From Acidilobaceae archaeon (GTDB taxonomy: Archaea; Thermoproteota; Thermoprotei_A; Sulfolobales; Acidilobaceae), in contig JAWAWX010000001.1 of NCBI GenBank assembly GCA_038897215.1, positions 480,001 through 544,000 of the forward strand: a stretch of 64,000 nucleotides of DNA. Direction: 5' to 3'. A program made the position numbers and the translations under genes. Positions 49,500-59,471 of this stretch are shown in pieces. Position 1 is the stretch's first letter, and each line of letters starts with the position of its first letter. The notes beneath the pieces are model-generated. The model was not told the DNA's origin. It searched no databases and saw nothing but the letters and a program-made list of their open reading frames with translations.

Positions 49500-49706
49500 T
49501 TGAGCGGAAAACATGAGAAATACGTCTATGTTAGGAGAAGAGACGGGTGGTACGTTAAGGTTAGAGTATTTAAGAGTAGAGATGAGAAAGACTCTTCTAG
49601 ATACGTTCCTCTAAACACGAAGACAAGAGAGCCTCCTAGAACCTTTAGAGTGATCCATGAGAGCGAGCTACCAAGCGAGGTAGTCCAGAAGCTCTACACT
49701 GTATGA
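49500..49706 (+). CDS. Small crenarchaeal protein (DUF5622-like)
   Basis: KHEKYVYVRRRDGWYVKVRV...ELP pattern. Confidence 0.7.
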   Translation: MSGKHEKYVYVRRRDGWYVKVRVFKSRDEKDSSRYVPLNTKTREPPRTFRVIHESELPSEVVQKLYTV

Positions 49707-49815
49707 CTATAGAACTCGCGCTCGGCTACAGCTTAGGCTCTCCCAAAGCCTGAGTATGGGCGATGAGCAAGCGACATGAATAGCTCGCTGTGCTCGATAG
49801 ACGTCTAGTCATAGC

Positions 49816-50058
49816 TTGGAGGGGTTTCCTGTGAACTCCTTGTCTGAGATATCTCGCCTGCTTAGAGTAGTGGTTGAGAATCGAGGAATATACTGTGATA
49901 AGAGGGGATTTCTGACATCCGAGGGGTTAAAGGTTGTGTGCTTAGCTATAAAGGTTTCTGGTAGGATGGGTGAGCACCGGCTTAAGAGGAGACTCGAGAA
50001 GGTGAGGAGAGAGAGAAGAGTCGACATTCTTCTCGAAGTCTTGAGAGAGCTAGAATAG
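49816..50058 (+). CDS. Hypothetical basic protein
   Basis: 80-aa ORF co-directional with its neighbours. Confidence 0.55.
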   Translation: MEGFPVNSLSEISRLLRVVVENRGIYCDKRGFLTSEGLKVVCLAIKVSGRMGEHRLKRRLEKVRRERRVDILLEVLRELE

Positions 50059-50077
50059 CAGAGGGGCGGGGGGCGTA

Positions 50078-50587
50078 GTGGAAGAGGTCGAGGTTTGCTA
50101 TACTCTAGGCAGAGGGGGGCTGAGAGTCCCCAAGAGCCACGCTCTAGTAGAGTTCTACGGTAGCGTAGATGAAGCTATGGCTATGATTGGACTAGCCAGA
50201 GCTTTTCTGAGAGATGCCGAGCTCCAAGAGGAGCTTAGGAGGATACAGTTGATTCTCTATCGCGCAGCGGCCTCAATGTACGTCGGGCGGTCTCTCTTAA
50301 CCGAGGACGATTCAAGTTTTCTCGAGAGCCTCTTGAGAAAATATGAGTCGAGAAGACCCAGAGGCTTCATAGCGCCCTCAGGACCTCCTGAAGTAGCCGC
50401 GCTCCACGCTGGTAGAGCTGCAGTCAGGAGAGCTGAGAGAGTGCTTTGCGGGATCATACTGGGGTCTCAGGAGGACTGGATGATCAAGCTAGGAGAGGTA
50501 TTAAATATGATGAGTCAAGCTCTCTACGATATGGCGCTCGAGGCGTGCACGAGAAACAGAGACTGCAGGCTAGAGTCTCTCGGCTGA
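50078..50587 (+). CDS. PduO-type ATP:cob(I)alamin adenosyltransferase homolog
   Basis: RVPKSH...YGSVDE, IQLIL, FIAPSG, AALHAGRAAVRRAER. Confidence 0.8.
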   Translation: MEEVEVCYTLGRGGLRVPKSHALVEFYGSVDEAMAMIGLARAFLRDAELQEELRRIQLILYRAAASMYVGRSLLTEDDSSFLESLLRKYESRRPRGFIAPSGPPEVAALHAGRAAVRRAERVLCGIILGSQEDWMIKLGEVLNMMSQALYDMALEACTRNRDCRLESLG

Positions 50588-50703
50588 ACGCGGAGAGCGT
50601 CTACGAGTAAAGAGCCTAGAATGCTGTAGTCGGGGTAGAGACTTGCAGAGGTCACCTTAATACACTTTAGGCTGGTTTTTCTGCAGTATTGTGGGATTAG
50701 CTC

Positions 50704-52086
50704 TTGAGAAAGAGACTTTTCGGAACTGATGGAGTGAGAGGGGTTGTCGGTAGAGACCTCAATCCAGAGATGGCGCTTAGGCTCGGGAGAGCTATTGGAG
50801 CCTTCTTCGGAAGAGGTAGTAGAGTACTTGTTGGAAGAGATGTCAGAGCAGGAGGCGATATGATAGCATCAGCTGTGATCTCGGGGCTTTTAGCGGAGGG
50901 GGTTAAAGTCTACTACGCTGGACTCCTCCCCACTCCTGCTCTCCAGTTCTCTGTGAGGACTCTCGGCTATGATGGGGGGGTCATGGTCACAGCGAGCCAT
51001 AACCCGCCTGAATACAACGGAGTTAAGGTGATTGCAACCGATGGGATTGAGGTCGATAGAGACTCTGAGGCGGTAATAGAGGAGCACTTCTACTCTCAGA
51101 GAGAGCCGTCTAGGCTCGAGTGGAGAGAGCTAGCTGAACCCGTCGAGACTAGAATCGGGCTCGTTGAGCACTACGTCAACTCTATAGTCGAGCATGTAGA
51201 CAGAGAAGTCATAGCCAGAGCGGGCTTCAGAGTAGTAGTGGATTGCGGTAACAGTGTCGGAGCTCTCGCTACGCCGCTCTTGCTGAGAAAGCTGGGAGCT
51301 AAGGCTCTCTCGCTGAACTGCCACATGGATCCAGAGTTTCCGGGAAGAGAGCCAGAGCCTACACCAGATTCTCTCAGAGAGGCGGCAGCTCTGGTTAGAG
51401 AGAGTAGAGCTGAGCTGGGAGTAGCGCATGATGGAGACGCGGATAGAGCTATATTCATAGACGAGAAGGGGAGAGTGCTCTGGGGCGATAGGAGTGGAGC
51501 AATCCTAGCCGTCTACGCTGCCTCGAGGTGGAGAGATTATCCTCGAGTAGTCTTCACTGGAGTCTCGAGTAGCCTCGTAGCAGAGGAGCACCTAAGAAAA
51601 CACGGGATAGAGGTCAGGTGGACTCCCGTGGGCTCTATAATCATAGCTCGAAGTCTGAAGAGAGAAGGGGGCATAGCGGGCTTCGAAGAGAACGGGGGCT
51701 ATATTCACGCTCCATTCCAGCTAGTTAGAGACGGAGCAATGGCGACAGCTCTAATGCTAGAAGCGCTAGCTAGAGAGAAGAGGAGCCTCTCCAGCTTGGC
51801 TGAAGAGCTCCCAGAGTATCACACTATCAAGACCAAGATCCCAGCTGTGGGTGAGATGAGAGAATGCGCTGTTAGAGCGGTCAAGGAGAGATATAGAGGT
51901 TACAGGATGATAGAGGTAGACGGGGTCAAGGCGATCCTGGATAAAGGCTGGGTTCTGGTGAGACCGAGCGGGACCGAGCCCGTGGTCAGGATAGTAGCGG
52001 AGGGGAGGACTAAGAGTGACGCTGAAGAGTTGCTAGCAGAAGCTCTCAGAGTCATAGAGGAGAGGTGCTTAGAGGCGAGAGCATGA
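50704..52086 (+). CDS. glmM: Phosphoglucosamine mutase / phosphomannomutase
   Basis: LFGTDGVRG, TASHNP, DGDADR, FEENGG, VRPSGTEP. Confidence 0.9.
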   Translation: MRKRLFGTDGVRGVVGRDLNPEMALRLGRAIGAFFGRGSRVLVGRDVRAGGDMIASAVISGLLAEGVKVYYAGLLPTPALQFSVRTLGYDGGVMVTASHNPPEYNGVKVIATDGIEVDRDSEAVIEEHFYSQREPSRLEWRELAEPVETRIGLVEHYVNSIVEHVDREVIARAGFRVVVDCGNSVGALATPLLLRKLGAKALSLNCHMDPEFPGREPEPTPDSLREAAALVRESRAELGVAHDGDADRAIFIDEKGRVLWGDRSGAILAVYAASRWRDYPRVVFTGVSSSLVAEEHLRKHGIEVRWTPVGSIIIARSLKREGGIAGFEENGGYIHAPFQLVRDGAMATALMLEALAREKRSLSSLAEELPEYHTIKTKIPAVGEMRECAVRAVKERYRGYRMIEVDGVKAILDKGWVLVRPSGTEPVVRIVAEGRTKSDAEELLAEALRVIEERCLEARA

Positions 52087-52475
52087 GATTCTACTTCGTA
52101 GAGCTCCTAGCCTGCCCCAAGTGTAAATCCACAAGCCTCAAGATACACGTGCTCAAAGAGGAGACTAGAGAAGTCTCGAGCCCCGTGGAGAAGCTTAGAT
52201 GCAGGAGATTCTGCGGTCTCTACGAGAAACCCGCTTCAGAAGTCCCCATAGACGAGTGCTCTAAGTGCGTTAGGAGAGTCGTAGTAGACGGAGTCATAGT
52301 CTGCCTCAACTGTAACAGATGGTATCCCATCATAGACACTATTCCCGTGATGCTAACAGACAAGTATAGAGGAGGCTCAGAAGACAGAGGTTTCATCAAG
52401 AAATACTGGAGCACTATACCCAGCGACTTGAAGACTTTAATGAAAGTACCGGAGCCGGAAAGTCTTCTCAGCTAG
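52083..52475 (+). CDS. Trm112-like methyltransferase activator
   Basis: ELLACPKCK ... GVIVCLNCNRWYPIIDTIPVML, with a Cys-rich insert. Confidence 0.88.
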   Translation: MRFYFVELLACPKCKSTSLKIHVLKEETREVSSPVEKLRCRRFCGLYEKPASEVPIDECSKCVRRVVVDGVIVCLNCNRWYPIIDTIPVMLTDKYRGGSEDRGFIKKYWSTIPSDLKTLMKVPEPESLLS

Positions 52476-52538
52476 CAAGGTAATATCGGGTTCTCTCAGC
52501 TAGAAGACTGTAAGAAAACTGAAAGCATAGGGGACAGA

Positions 52539-53036
52539 GTGGAGGCTGAGGAGAGAGAGCAGCCCAGCCTAGAGGAGATAGCTGAGTGGATACGGAGAAA
52601 GCTCGCGGAAGTCGAGGAGGAGGAGAGGGTCCTGAGAGCTCTCCTATCACTAGTCGAGGAGAGAGAGCTCTCGAGACCAGATGAGACCATGGAGGAGATA
52701 AGAGTGGGGAGGAGAAGAGTTGGGAGACTGCACGTGGGGAGAAGCTATGTCAGAGCAGTCCCCGAGACTCCCATAGCCCTCCTGGCTGAAGTGAGAGACT
52801 ATCTTCTGAGTCTAGAGGAGGAACTCAAGAACGCATCACTCAATACTCTAAACCCGCCTAGACTCCTAGTGAAGGAGAGACCCGATGGAACTCTACAAGA
52901 AGTTAGATTCGAGAATCTGCAGACAACTTTAGACTTCATAAAAGCGAAAGCTGGACTAAGGTATGCGATAGAGACTTCGGCTGAACTCTCTAGAAGTAGA
53001 GGGAGAGAGAAGGAGAAAGAAGTAGAAGTGCTCTAG
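52539..53036 (+). CDS. Hypothetical coiled-coil protein
   Basis: 165-aa ORF with an N-terminal coiled coil. Confidence 0.7.
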   Translation: MEAEEREQPSLEEIAEWIRRKLAEVEEEERVLRALLSLVEERELSRPDETMEEIRVGRRRVGRLHVGRSYVRAVPETPIALLAEVRDYLLSLEEELKNASLNTLNPPRLLVKERPDGTLQEVRFENLQTTLDFIKAKAGLRYAIETSAELSRSRGREKEKEVEVL

Positions 53037-53060
53037 AAACGCTTAGCGTCAGCGCTAGAG

Positions 53061-53498
53061 CTAGATCGATATAGACGGCCATCTGCGCTCCTGTTCTTCA
53101 CGCGACTCGCTTGAAACCCATCTAGCCTGAAAGAGTACAGGGCTCAGCTTATTGTCGGCATACAGTTTCTCCAGAGTATTCTTTACTTCACTTGTGTGAC
53201 TCATGTCTAGATTGAGGAGTAGCTCTAGGATTCTCATAGTGGTTTTCCAGACCTCGAGTAGTTGCTCTTTAGTCAAGACGCTAGCAATCAGAGGGTCTTG
53301 CATCCAATCGTCGAAAGCCTTGAGTGTTCTTATGAGATGGCTGAACGCTGCTCTTGTATGAATCACCATGTCTAGCCTATCAGCGTTTTCTATCTTAGAG
53401 TCTACGTGTCTAAAGCTGTCTAGCATGTATTTCTGATAGCTAACCCACCTCTCCAGGCTCCTCAGGAAATCCTTTATGTCCCTCTGAGAACTGGACAC
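53061..53498 (-). CDS. DUF2153 family protein
   Basis: LERWV..Q, ADRLDM, TLKAFDDWMQDP, LDMSHTS. Confidence 0.8.
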   Translation of the reverse strand: MSSSQRDIKDFLRSLERWVSYQKYMLDSFRHVDSKIENADRLDMVIHTRAAFSHLIRTLKAFDDWMQDPLIASVLTKEQLLEVWKTTMRILELLLNLDMSHTSEVKNTLEKLYADNKLSPVLFQARWVSSESREEQERRWPSISI

Positions 53499-53644
53499 CT
53501 TAACTCCCTACGGTATCTCGTGAGCGAGACCTAATTTGAGTTGCCGCTTTAGATTATCGACGAGTAGCTGTAGCTACGCGACGACTTGAGGAAAGAGAGA
53601 AGAACGCGGAGAGATGGAGGAGATTAGCGGGTAGAGCTCCAGGT

Positions 53645-55012
53645 CTAGACTCCTATCTTCGGGAGGTATGAGAGGTCTATCTCTTGAGGCTCGTAGTCAA
53701 CTAGAGTTCCCTCGAGATACTCTAGGTATCCTTGAAGATCTAGGAGCCCGTGTCCGCTGAGATTAAAGAGGATTACCTTCTTCTCTCCTGTCTTAGCGAT
53801 CTCTCTCGCTAAGTCCATAGCTGCCTTCACGGCGTGAGCGCTCTCTGGAGCGGGGACTATGCCCTCTGCTTGAGCGAAGATCTTCCCGGCTTCGAAGACC
53901 TCTGTCTGGTGGTATGCTCTAGCCTTCACGTAGCCTTCGGCTACAAGGAGGCATAGGCTTGGAGCATCTCCGTGGTATCGCAGTCCTCCAGCATGAATTG
54001 GCGGGACTCTGTACTTGTGGCCCACGGTGTACATCTTGAGGAGTGGTGTTAGCTGTGCCGTGTCACCGTAGTCGTACGCGTAGACTCCCCGGGTTAGAGA
54101 GGGGCACGCTTTAGGCTCTACGGCTATAAACTCTATGTCTTTCCTCCCTCTTAGTCTAAGCTCCATGAATGGATAGGATAGTCCCGCGAAGTTGCTCCCT
54201 CCTCCTACACATCCTATTACGTAATCGGGAAGCTCTTCGCCGATTAATTCCAGTTGTTTGATAGCCTCTAGGCCTATTACTGTTTGATGGAGGAGAACGT
54301 GGTTTAATACACTTCCCAGACTATATCTAGCCTTCTCGTCTGACAACACGTCCTCTATGGCCTCCGATATAGCTATGCCTAGACTGCCGGGATTATCCGG
54401 ATCTTTCTCGAGTATGCTTCTCCCTACTTTAGTGTAGGGCGAGGGGCTCGGCACTACCTCTGCTCCATAGAGCTCCATCAAGACTCTTCTGTAGGGTTTC
54501 TGCATGTAGCTAGACTTAACCATAAACACTCTAACCTTGATGTCGAAGAGAGCGCCAGCTAGAGAGAGCGCTGAACCCCATTGCCCAGCTCCTGTTTCTG
54601 TAGCTAGCCTCTCGACACCCTCCTCTTTATTGTAGTATGCTTGAGCTACCGCTGTATTCACCTTGTGGCTACCTGTAGGCAGAACCCCCTCGTACTTGAA
54701 GTATATTCGAGCAGTTGTGCCTAGAAGTCTCTCGAGTCTTCGAGCTCTAATGAGAGGCGTTGGCCTCCCTAGCTCTATCAAAACCTCTCTGACAGCCTCT
54801 GGTATCTTGATGTAGCGCTCTTGAGAGACCTCTTGCCGGACAAGCTCTCTAGCGAAGAGTCTGTAGAACATCTCGATAGGCGCTGGCTCACCGCTCGGTA
54901 GGAGAGGTGGAGGCAACGGTCTAGGAAGGTCCGGGACTATGTTATACCAGTATTCTGGGACTATCTCCTCAGCTTGAGGAGCCCTACGGAACCTTCTTAG
55001 AGTTAAATCCAT
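53645..55012 (-). CDS. trpB2: Tryptophan synthase beta chain 2
   Basis: [47 protein letters not shown]. Confidence 0.96.
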   Translation of the reverse strand: MDLTLRRFRRAPQAEEIVPEYWYNIVPDLPRPLPPPLLPSGEPAPIEMFYRLFARELVRQEVSQERYIKIPEAVREVLIELGRPTPLIRARRLERLLGTTARIYFKYEGVLPTGSHKVNTAVAQAYYNKEEGVERLATETGAGQWGSALSLAGALFDIKVRVFMVKSSYMQKPYRRVLMELYGAEVVPSPSPYTKVGRSILEKDPDNPGSLGIAISEAIEDVLSDEKARYSLGSVLNHVLLHQTVIGLEAIKQLELIGEELPDYVIGCVGGGSNFAGLSYPFMELRLRGRKDIEFIAVEPKACPSLTRGVYAYDYGDTAQLTPLLKMYTVGHKYRVPPIHAGGLRYHGDAPSLCLLVAEGYVKARAYHQTEVFEAGKIFAQAEGIVPAPESAHAVKAAMDLAREIAKTGEKKVILFNLSGHGLLDLQGYLEYLEGTLVDYEPQEIDLSYLPKIGV

Positions 55013-55076
55013 TGGCTCAAAGAAGCCACCTCTCTGCTCTAAGGCCTAGCTGAGAGAGAGCACCTTAAAAACGTTT

Positions 55077-55141
55077 CGGTCAACCCTTTGACCCTACATC
55101 AGCAGCAAAACGCCTCAGACTATGTCGGCTCTATCATCCCG
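55077..55141 (-). ncRNA. Box C/D guide sRNA with variant C (AUGAUAG) and D (UUGA) boxes; D' guide antisense to the 23S peptidyl-transferase loop
   Basis: CGG-G-ATGATAG-AGCCGACATAGT-CTGA-GGCG-TTT-TGCT-G-CTGATGT-AGGGTCAAAGGG-TTGA-CCG. Both K-turns are in register, guides are 12 nt, and a TTAAA box lies about 25 nt upstream. Confidence 0.78.
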
Positions 55142-55269
55142 CCTATACTAAACTAAACTAAAGCCTTTAAGAGTCCTCTATGAAGGGTTTGAATGCTCCG
55201 GATAGCGATGCGAGCAACGAGGTAATAGCGCTAGCTCTTAAGAAGCGACAAAAGAGTTAGAGCCCAGCC

Positions 55270-56373
55270 ATGTATGTAATCGGGGGTGTCAGGGGTCTGG
55301 GCTCAAATGAGATAGTATGGCTTGATGCGTCGACGCCTAAACGGCTCCTCCTATCAGCAAGTCTGGCGGAAATCCTGAGAGCTAGAGGCTTCAGACCACT
55401 CGTCACGGTTAGGAGTTATGATTATAGCTTAATGATGTTGCCTAAGCTAGGAGTCCACGACTACATCGTCGTGGGGGTACATGGAGGAGGAACGCTCAAA
55501 GGAAAGCTTGTAGCCGATATTGGGCGAATGATAGACCTCATACCTGTCTTAGAGGATAAGAATGTAGTTGCTCTCATATCCTACCCCTCGCCTCCAGCTG
55601 TGAGGGTAGCATACGGTCTCGGGATACCCTATATCGCTATGGGAGATACCCCGCATGGAGAAGCAATGAATAGACTCTCTTACCCTCTAGCTAGAGTCGC
55701 CATACTGAGCGAATTCATAGCGGAGGATTTGGCTAAATACTTCCTCAAAGACTTCACAGTGATAGAGACCTACAGGGGGGTAGACGAGCTTCTCTGGGTG
55801 AAGAGATTCGAGTGTAACAAACATGAAGAAGATGTCACAGAAGCGGGTTTGAAGCCTTTAAGCTATGTAGTGCTAAGACCGGAGGAGTTCATGGCTCACT
55901 ACTATGACCGTAGAGGAGAGAGCATAGTAATCAAGCTAAGCGAAGTAGTGCTAAGTGAGGGCTATACGCCCGTCGTACTGCCTAGGTACGAGAGTCAGTT
56001 GATTGAAGTCAAGTCCATGAAGGGAGTCAAGGTCATCGAGAAGCCGATACTAGGACCTGCTCTCGAATGCCATGCTGTAGCCGTGGTCACGGGCGGGATA
56101 ACCATGGCTAGAGAAGCTGCACTACTAGGAGTCCCGGGCATATCGGTTTTCTCTAAACCAATAAGGATAGACGTAAAATTAGCAGAGCTAGGGTTACCTA
56201 TATCGTATGCTAGAGACTACGAGGAAGCCTCCTATATCTTGAGAAAGATACTCAGAGACCCCGAAAGCCATAGAGTAGAGTCTCGGAAACTCATAGAATC
56301 TCTAGAGACTCCAGAAAGCAAGGTGGTAGCGTGGGTTGAGGCTTTAGCCTCCGAGGCTAAGAGATCGAGGTGA
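55270..56373 (+). CDS. DUF354 family GT-B glycosyltransferase-like protein
   Basis: IVWLDASTPK, GVHGG, DTPH, YRGVDE, VLRPEE, GGITMAREAALLGVP. Confidence 0.85.
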   Translation: MYVIGGVRGLGSNEIVWLDASTPKRLLLSASLAEILRARGFRPLVTVRSYDYSLMMLPKLGVHDYIVVGVHGGGTLKGKLVADIGRMIDLIPVLEDKNVVALISYPSPPAVRVAYGLGIPYIAMGDTPHGEAMNRLSYPLARVAILSEFIAEDLAKYFLKDFTVIETYRGVDELLWVKRFECNKHEEDVTEAGLKPLSYVVLRPEEFMAHYYDRRGESIVIKLSEVVLSEGYTPVVLPRYESQLIEVKSMKGVKVIEKPILGPALECHAVAVVTGGITMAREAALLGVPGISVFSKPIRIDVKLAELGLPISYARDYEEASYILRKILRDPESHRVESRKLIESLETPESKVVAWVEALASEAKRSR

Positions 56374-56380
56374 TTAAAGC

Positions 56381-57052
56381 ATGCTGAGAGTAGGTATTGA
56401 CGAAGCCGGGCGCGGTAGCGTAATAGGAGAGCTCTTCGTAGCAGCAATCGTCATACGTGATGCAGACGAAGAGCATCTTCTAAAGCTAGGAGTCAAAGAC
56501 AGTAAGAGGTTAAGCGAGAGGCAGAGAAGAGACCTCTATCACACGCTTAAGAGATGGCCTTTCGCAGTAACAGCCATATCGCCAAGAGAGATAGATACAT
56601 TCAACGTGAACATACTCGAGGAAGTCAAGATACAAGCATTACTCGATAATCTTAAGAGAAGAGTGGGAGACGAGATCCTAAACGCTAGAATCGCGATAGA
56701 TAAATTCGGCGACTCCTCTAAACTCATATCTAGGCTTAGATCAAGAGGGTTCAAGGGCGCTATAATTGTTGAGGAGAAAGCCGACGAGAGATACGTGGAG
56801 GTAGCTGCAGCCAGCATAATAGCCAAACATCTTAGAGACACTCGGATTAGAGTCCTCAGTAGCATTTATGGTGTTGAGGGGAGCGGCTATCCTTCAGACG
56901 AGAGAACACTGAGATGGCTGGAGAGAGTGCTCGAAGAAGGCTCTAGACCATCTATCATCAGATACTCGTGGAGCACTCTAGAGAAGCTAGGTCATGCTAG
57001 AGCAGGCAGGAAGCTAAACGTATATCATAAAAGTCTAGACGAGTACTTCTAG
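56381..57052 (+). CDS. rnhB: Ribonuclease HII
   Basis: GIDEAGRG, VKDSK, KAD, VAAASIIAK, GSGYPSD, RYSW. Confidence 0.96.
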   Translation: MLRVGIDEAGRGSVIGELFVAAIVIRDADEEHLLKLGVKDSKRLSERQRRDLYHTLKRWPFAVTAISPREIDTFNVNILEEVKIQALLDNLKRRVGDEILNARIAIDKFGDSSKLISRLRSRGFKGAIIVEEKADERYVEVAAASIIAKHLRDTRIRVLSSIYGVEGSGYPSDERTLRWLERVLEEGSRPSIIRYSWSTLEKLGHARAGRKLNVYHKSLDEYF

Positions 57053-57065
57053 ACGTGGAGTAGCT

Positions 57066-58121
57066 TTGGAGAAATACAGGACGCTACGCGAACTCCTACT
57101 AGAGACTCTCAGGGAGAGAGAAGTCTACAGTGTAGGAGTCAAGGTAATCCTCAGTAGAAGCGAGTTAGCGAGACAGGGATTTCAAAGAATAGCCTTAGAG
57201 ATTCTTCTCAATGATGCTGTTATATGCGATGAACACGTTTTCGGAGAGGTTTTCAAAACCGAAACCATTAGCTCACAAGAATACCGGATAGTGATACCAC
57301 CAGGCTCTACGAGAGCTGACTCTACTCTAACCCGTCGGCTAAGATGCTCCAAGAGAGTTCTAGTTTCTCGCGATAATCTTGAAAAACTCGTCTCAATAAA
57401 CGTAAAGCCTCTATTCGTGATCGAGCTAGGAGCTTCGCGAAGAAGGAATAACCTAGGGTCTGAGGGGCTTCTCGAAGGCATCGACTTAGATGTCGAGATA
57501 GCTGATGCCTTAGAGTACATCAGGAGACATCTGTGGGACGAGAATCTAGTGATAGCTAGCTCTTCGCCCACGATAGTCGAGACTCTCGAGAAAAACGTAG
57601 GCTATAATAGAGTTGTGGTTACGGCTAAGAGTTCTGCTGAGTTCCTTTGGGGTAAGGGGATAGAGAGAGTAGCAGTGATAACGAGAAACGCTTACAAGCC
57701 GCTGACTTCAGACGAACTCTACAGCTATGATGCATACGTTTTCCCGATTCTAGGAGGAGATAATGATATCAAGACGAGGAGCCTCGTAGAGTCTCTAGTG
57801 CCGTGGGGTAAGCTTAGGAGAATAGAGCTTAGAGGCTCTACTGTAGGAGTCCCAGAGAAGCTCTCTCGCCTTCTCTGCATACTGGTAAGAGCGTTTTACG
57901 ACTTCGATGGAGACATTGATAAAGCCGTAGTCTCGTGTATGTCCTCTAGAGACATAAGGAGAAGACTCTTGAGAGAGATAGAGTCTAGAGCTAAGGAGAG
58001 CCTCATGGGTCGATATGTGAGTATAGAAGACTACTTAGACATAGCGAGCTGGCTACCCGTAACTGTGCAGGAGTTTAAGAGGGTCTGCGACCTTCTCGGG
58101 TTGAAGACCAGAGGGATCTAG
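57066..58121 (+). CDS. Trm10-like SPOUT tRNA methyltransferase homolog (divergent)
   Basis: PLFVIEL, IRRHLWDENL, RRIELRGSTVGVP resemble archaeal Trm10. Confidence 0.65.
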   Translation: MEKYRTLRELLLETLREREVYSVGVKVILSRSELARQGFQRIALEILLNDAVICDEHVFGEVFKTETISSQEYRIVIPPGSTRADSTLTRRLRCSKRVLVSRDNLEKLVSINVKPLFVIELGASRRRNNLGSEGLLEGIDLDVEIADALEYIRRHLWDENLVIASSSPTIVETLEKNVGYNRVVVTAKSSAEFLWGKGIERVAVITRNAYKPLTSDELYSYDAYVFPILGGDNDIKTRSLVESLVPWGKLRRIELRGSTVGVPEKLSRLLCILVRAFYDFDGDIDKAVVSCMSSRDIRRRLLREIESRAKESLMGRYVSIEDYLDIASWLPVTVQEFKRVCDLLGLKTRGI

Positions 58122-58239
58122 TCGAAGCACGGTATGCTACGAAGCTCCTCAGAAACCTTTTTCGGTATAATCGAATCGCTGAGTCTCCATGGGGGTTCAA
58201 GTATCTCGACGTTCTGCTCTCTCTACTCATGCTCTAAGA

Positions 58240-58713
58240 CTATTCCTCTTGAAGATTAAGAGAGCTATCTTCTATCAGGTCTTCTAGAACAAAGATCGGC
58301 TTGTTGGTGAGAAGAGCCAGGAAGACCGCGTGGCTCGGTATCATCTTTATAGAGATCGTTGCGTTATCCTCTCTAAACTTAACTGACGCTGAGTAGAGCC
58401 CTGTAGACTTGTCTAACTCGTCCACGACTATGCTCTCAATGTGCTGAGATAGAGCATCTCTAAAAGGCTCGTGTGAGAGCACTAGTGTGAAGAAGCTCTG
58501 CCTACGTGGAATTGAGGTCTCGCCCTTCAAGGCTCTAATTGCTTCAGCTACATCTGAGGGGATATTTACCATGTTGAAGACTCTCCCGTCTTCTAGTATC
58601 AAATCGAGTCCTAGAATGTAACCAGAATAGCCTGTATAGGGGTCTCTGAACTGCTTCCAGGAGACCACGACCTCCGTTACTTTAACTAATCTGCTCTCTT
58701 CGTCTCTCTTCAT
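58240..58713 (-). CDS. Bifunctional nuclease (DUF151) family protein
   Basis: LEDGRVF..IPSDVAEAI, IVVDEL...YSASV, IPSHAVFLALL..KPIFV. Confidence 0.8.
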   Translation of the reverse strand: MKRDEESRLVKVTEVVVSWKQFRDPYTGYSGYILGLDLILEDGRVFNMVNIPSDVAEAIRALKGETSIPRRQSFFTLVLSHEPFRDALSQHIESIVVDELDKSTGLYSASVKFREDNATISIKMIPSHAVFLALLTNKPIFVLEDLIEDSSLNLQEE

Positions 58714-58748
58714 TCGCTGAACACCAGCATTCTCTAAGTTTTATTCTT

Positions 58749-59471
58749 CTAGTAGCTCTGACAGTCTTTAAGCATTATCTTCTCCAACAGTGTAAGAACT
58801 CTGAACGTTGCACCCCAGGCTGTTAGAGACTCTCCGCATAGCAGGGAGAACTTCCGCTTCGCTAGGCTGAGAGTCTCTGTCTCGAAGTCGCCTCTTGGAA
58901 AACACCCTATGCCGAGAGCGCCGCTCGTCTCGACGAGTATTCTAGCTACGTCCTCTAGTCTCGCCTTCTCTCCTTTCTCCCAGAGTAGGAAGAGTTCATA
59001 GCCGGTCTTCTCGAGAAACTCCGGGAGGCTATCTGCCACCTTGAGTATTAGAGGTCTCCCGCTATCATCGACTATCTTCTCTCTAACTAGAGCGCTCGCT
59101 ATGACCCCCTTGAATCTCTCGTATGTCTTTGGCAATCTCGTTATCGAGCTTATAGCAAAGACTCTGCCATCGAACACCTGGAAGTATACATCGAGAGCGT
59201 TTTCTGCTCTTAGAGGGGTATCGCTTAACGCTAATAGGCAAGCGTGAAGTATGTCTGGTCTGCCTCGCTTCCACCTCTTCTCCAGCTCTCTCATCGCTTT
59301 ATAGTGGATGCTCTTGTCGAGAAGCATTAGGTCGGAGCGCGTAGCATACCTTCTAGCGCTCTCTAATACCTTAGGGTGTCTTCTAATCTCTTCGGGTACT
59401 ATTTCGACTGCACACTCTAGGAAGATGAATGCCGGCTTCTTGACTCTATCCCCCAAAGCTCTCTCCTCCAT
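58749..59471 (-). CDS. nep1: Nep1/Emg1 rRNA small-subunit pseudouridine methyltransferase
   Basis: LLDKSIH, KRGRPDILH, TRLPKTYERF, GIGCFPRGDF. Confidence 0.92.
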   Translation of the reverse strand: MEERALGDRVKKPAFIFLECAVEIVPEEIRRHPKVLESARRYATRSDLMLLDKSIHYKAMRELEKRWKRGRPDILHACLLALSDTPLRAENALDVYFQVFDGRVFAISSITRLPKTYERFKGVIASALVREKIVDDSGRPLILKVADSLPEFLEKTGYELFLLWEKGEKARLEDVARILVETSGALGIGCFPRGDFETETLSLAKRKFSLLCGESLTAWGATFRVLTLLEKIMLKDCQSY

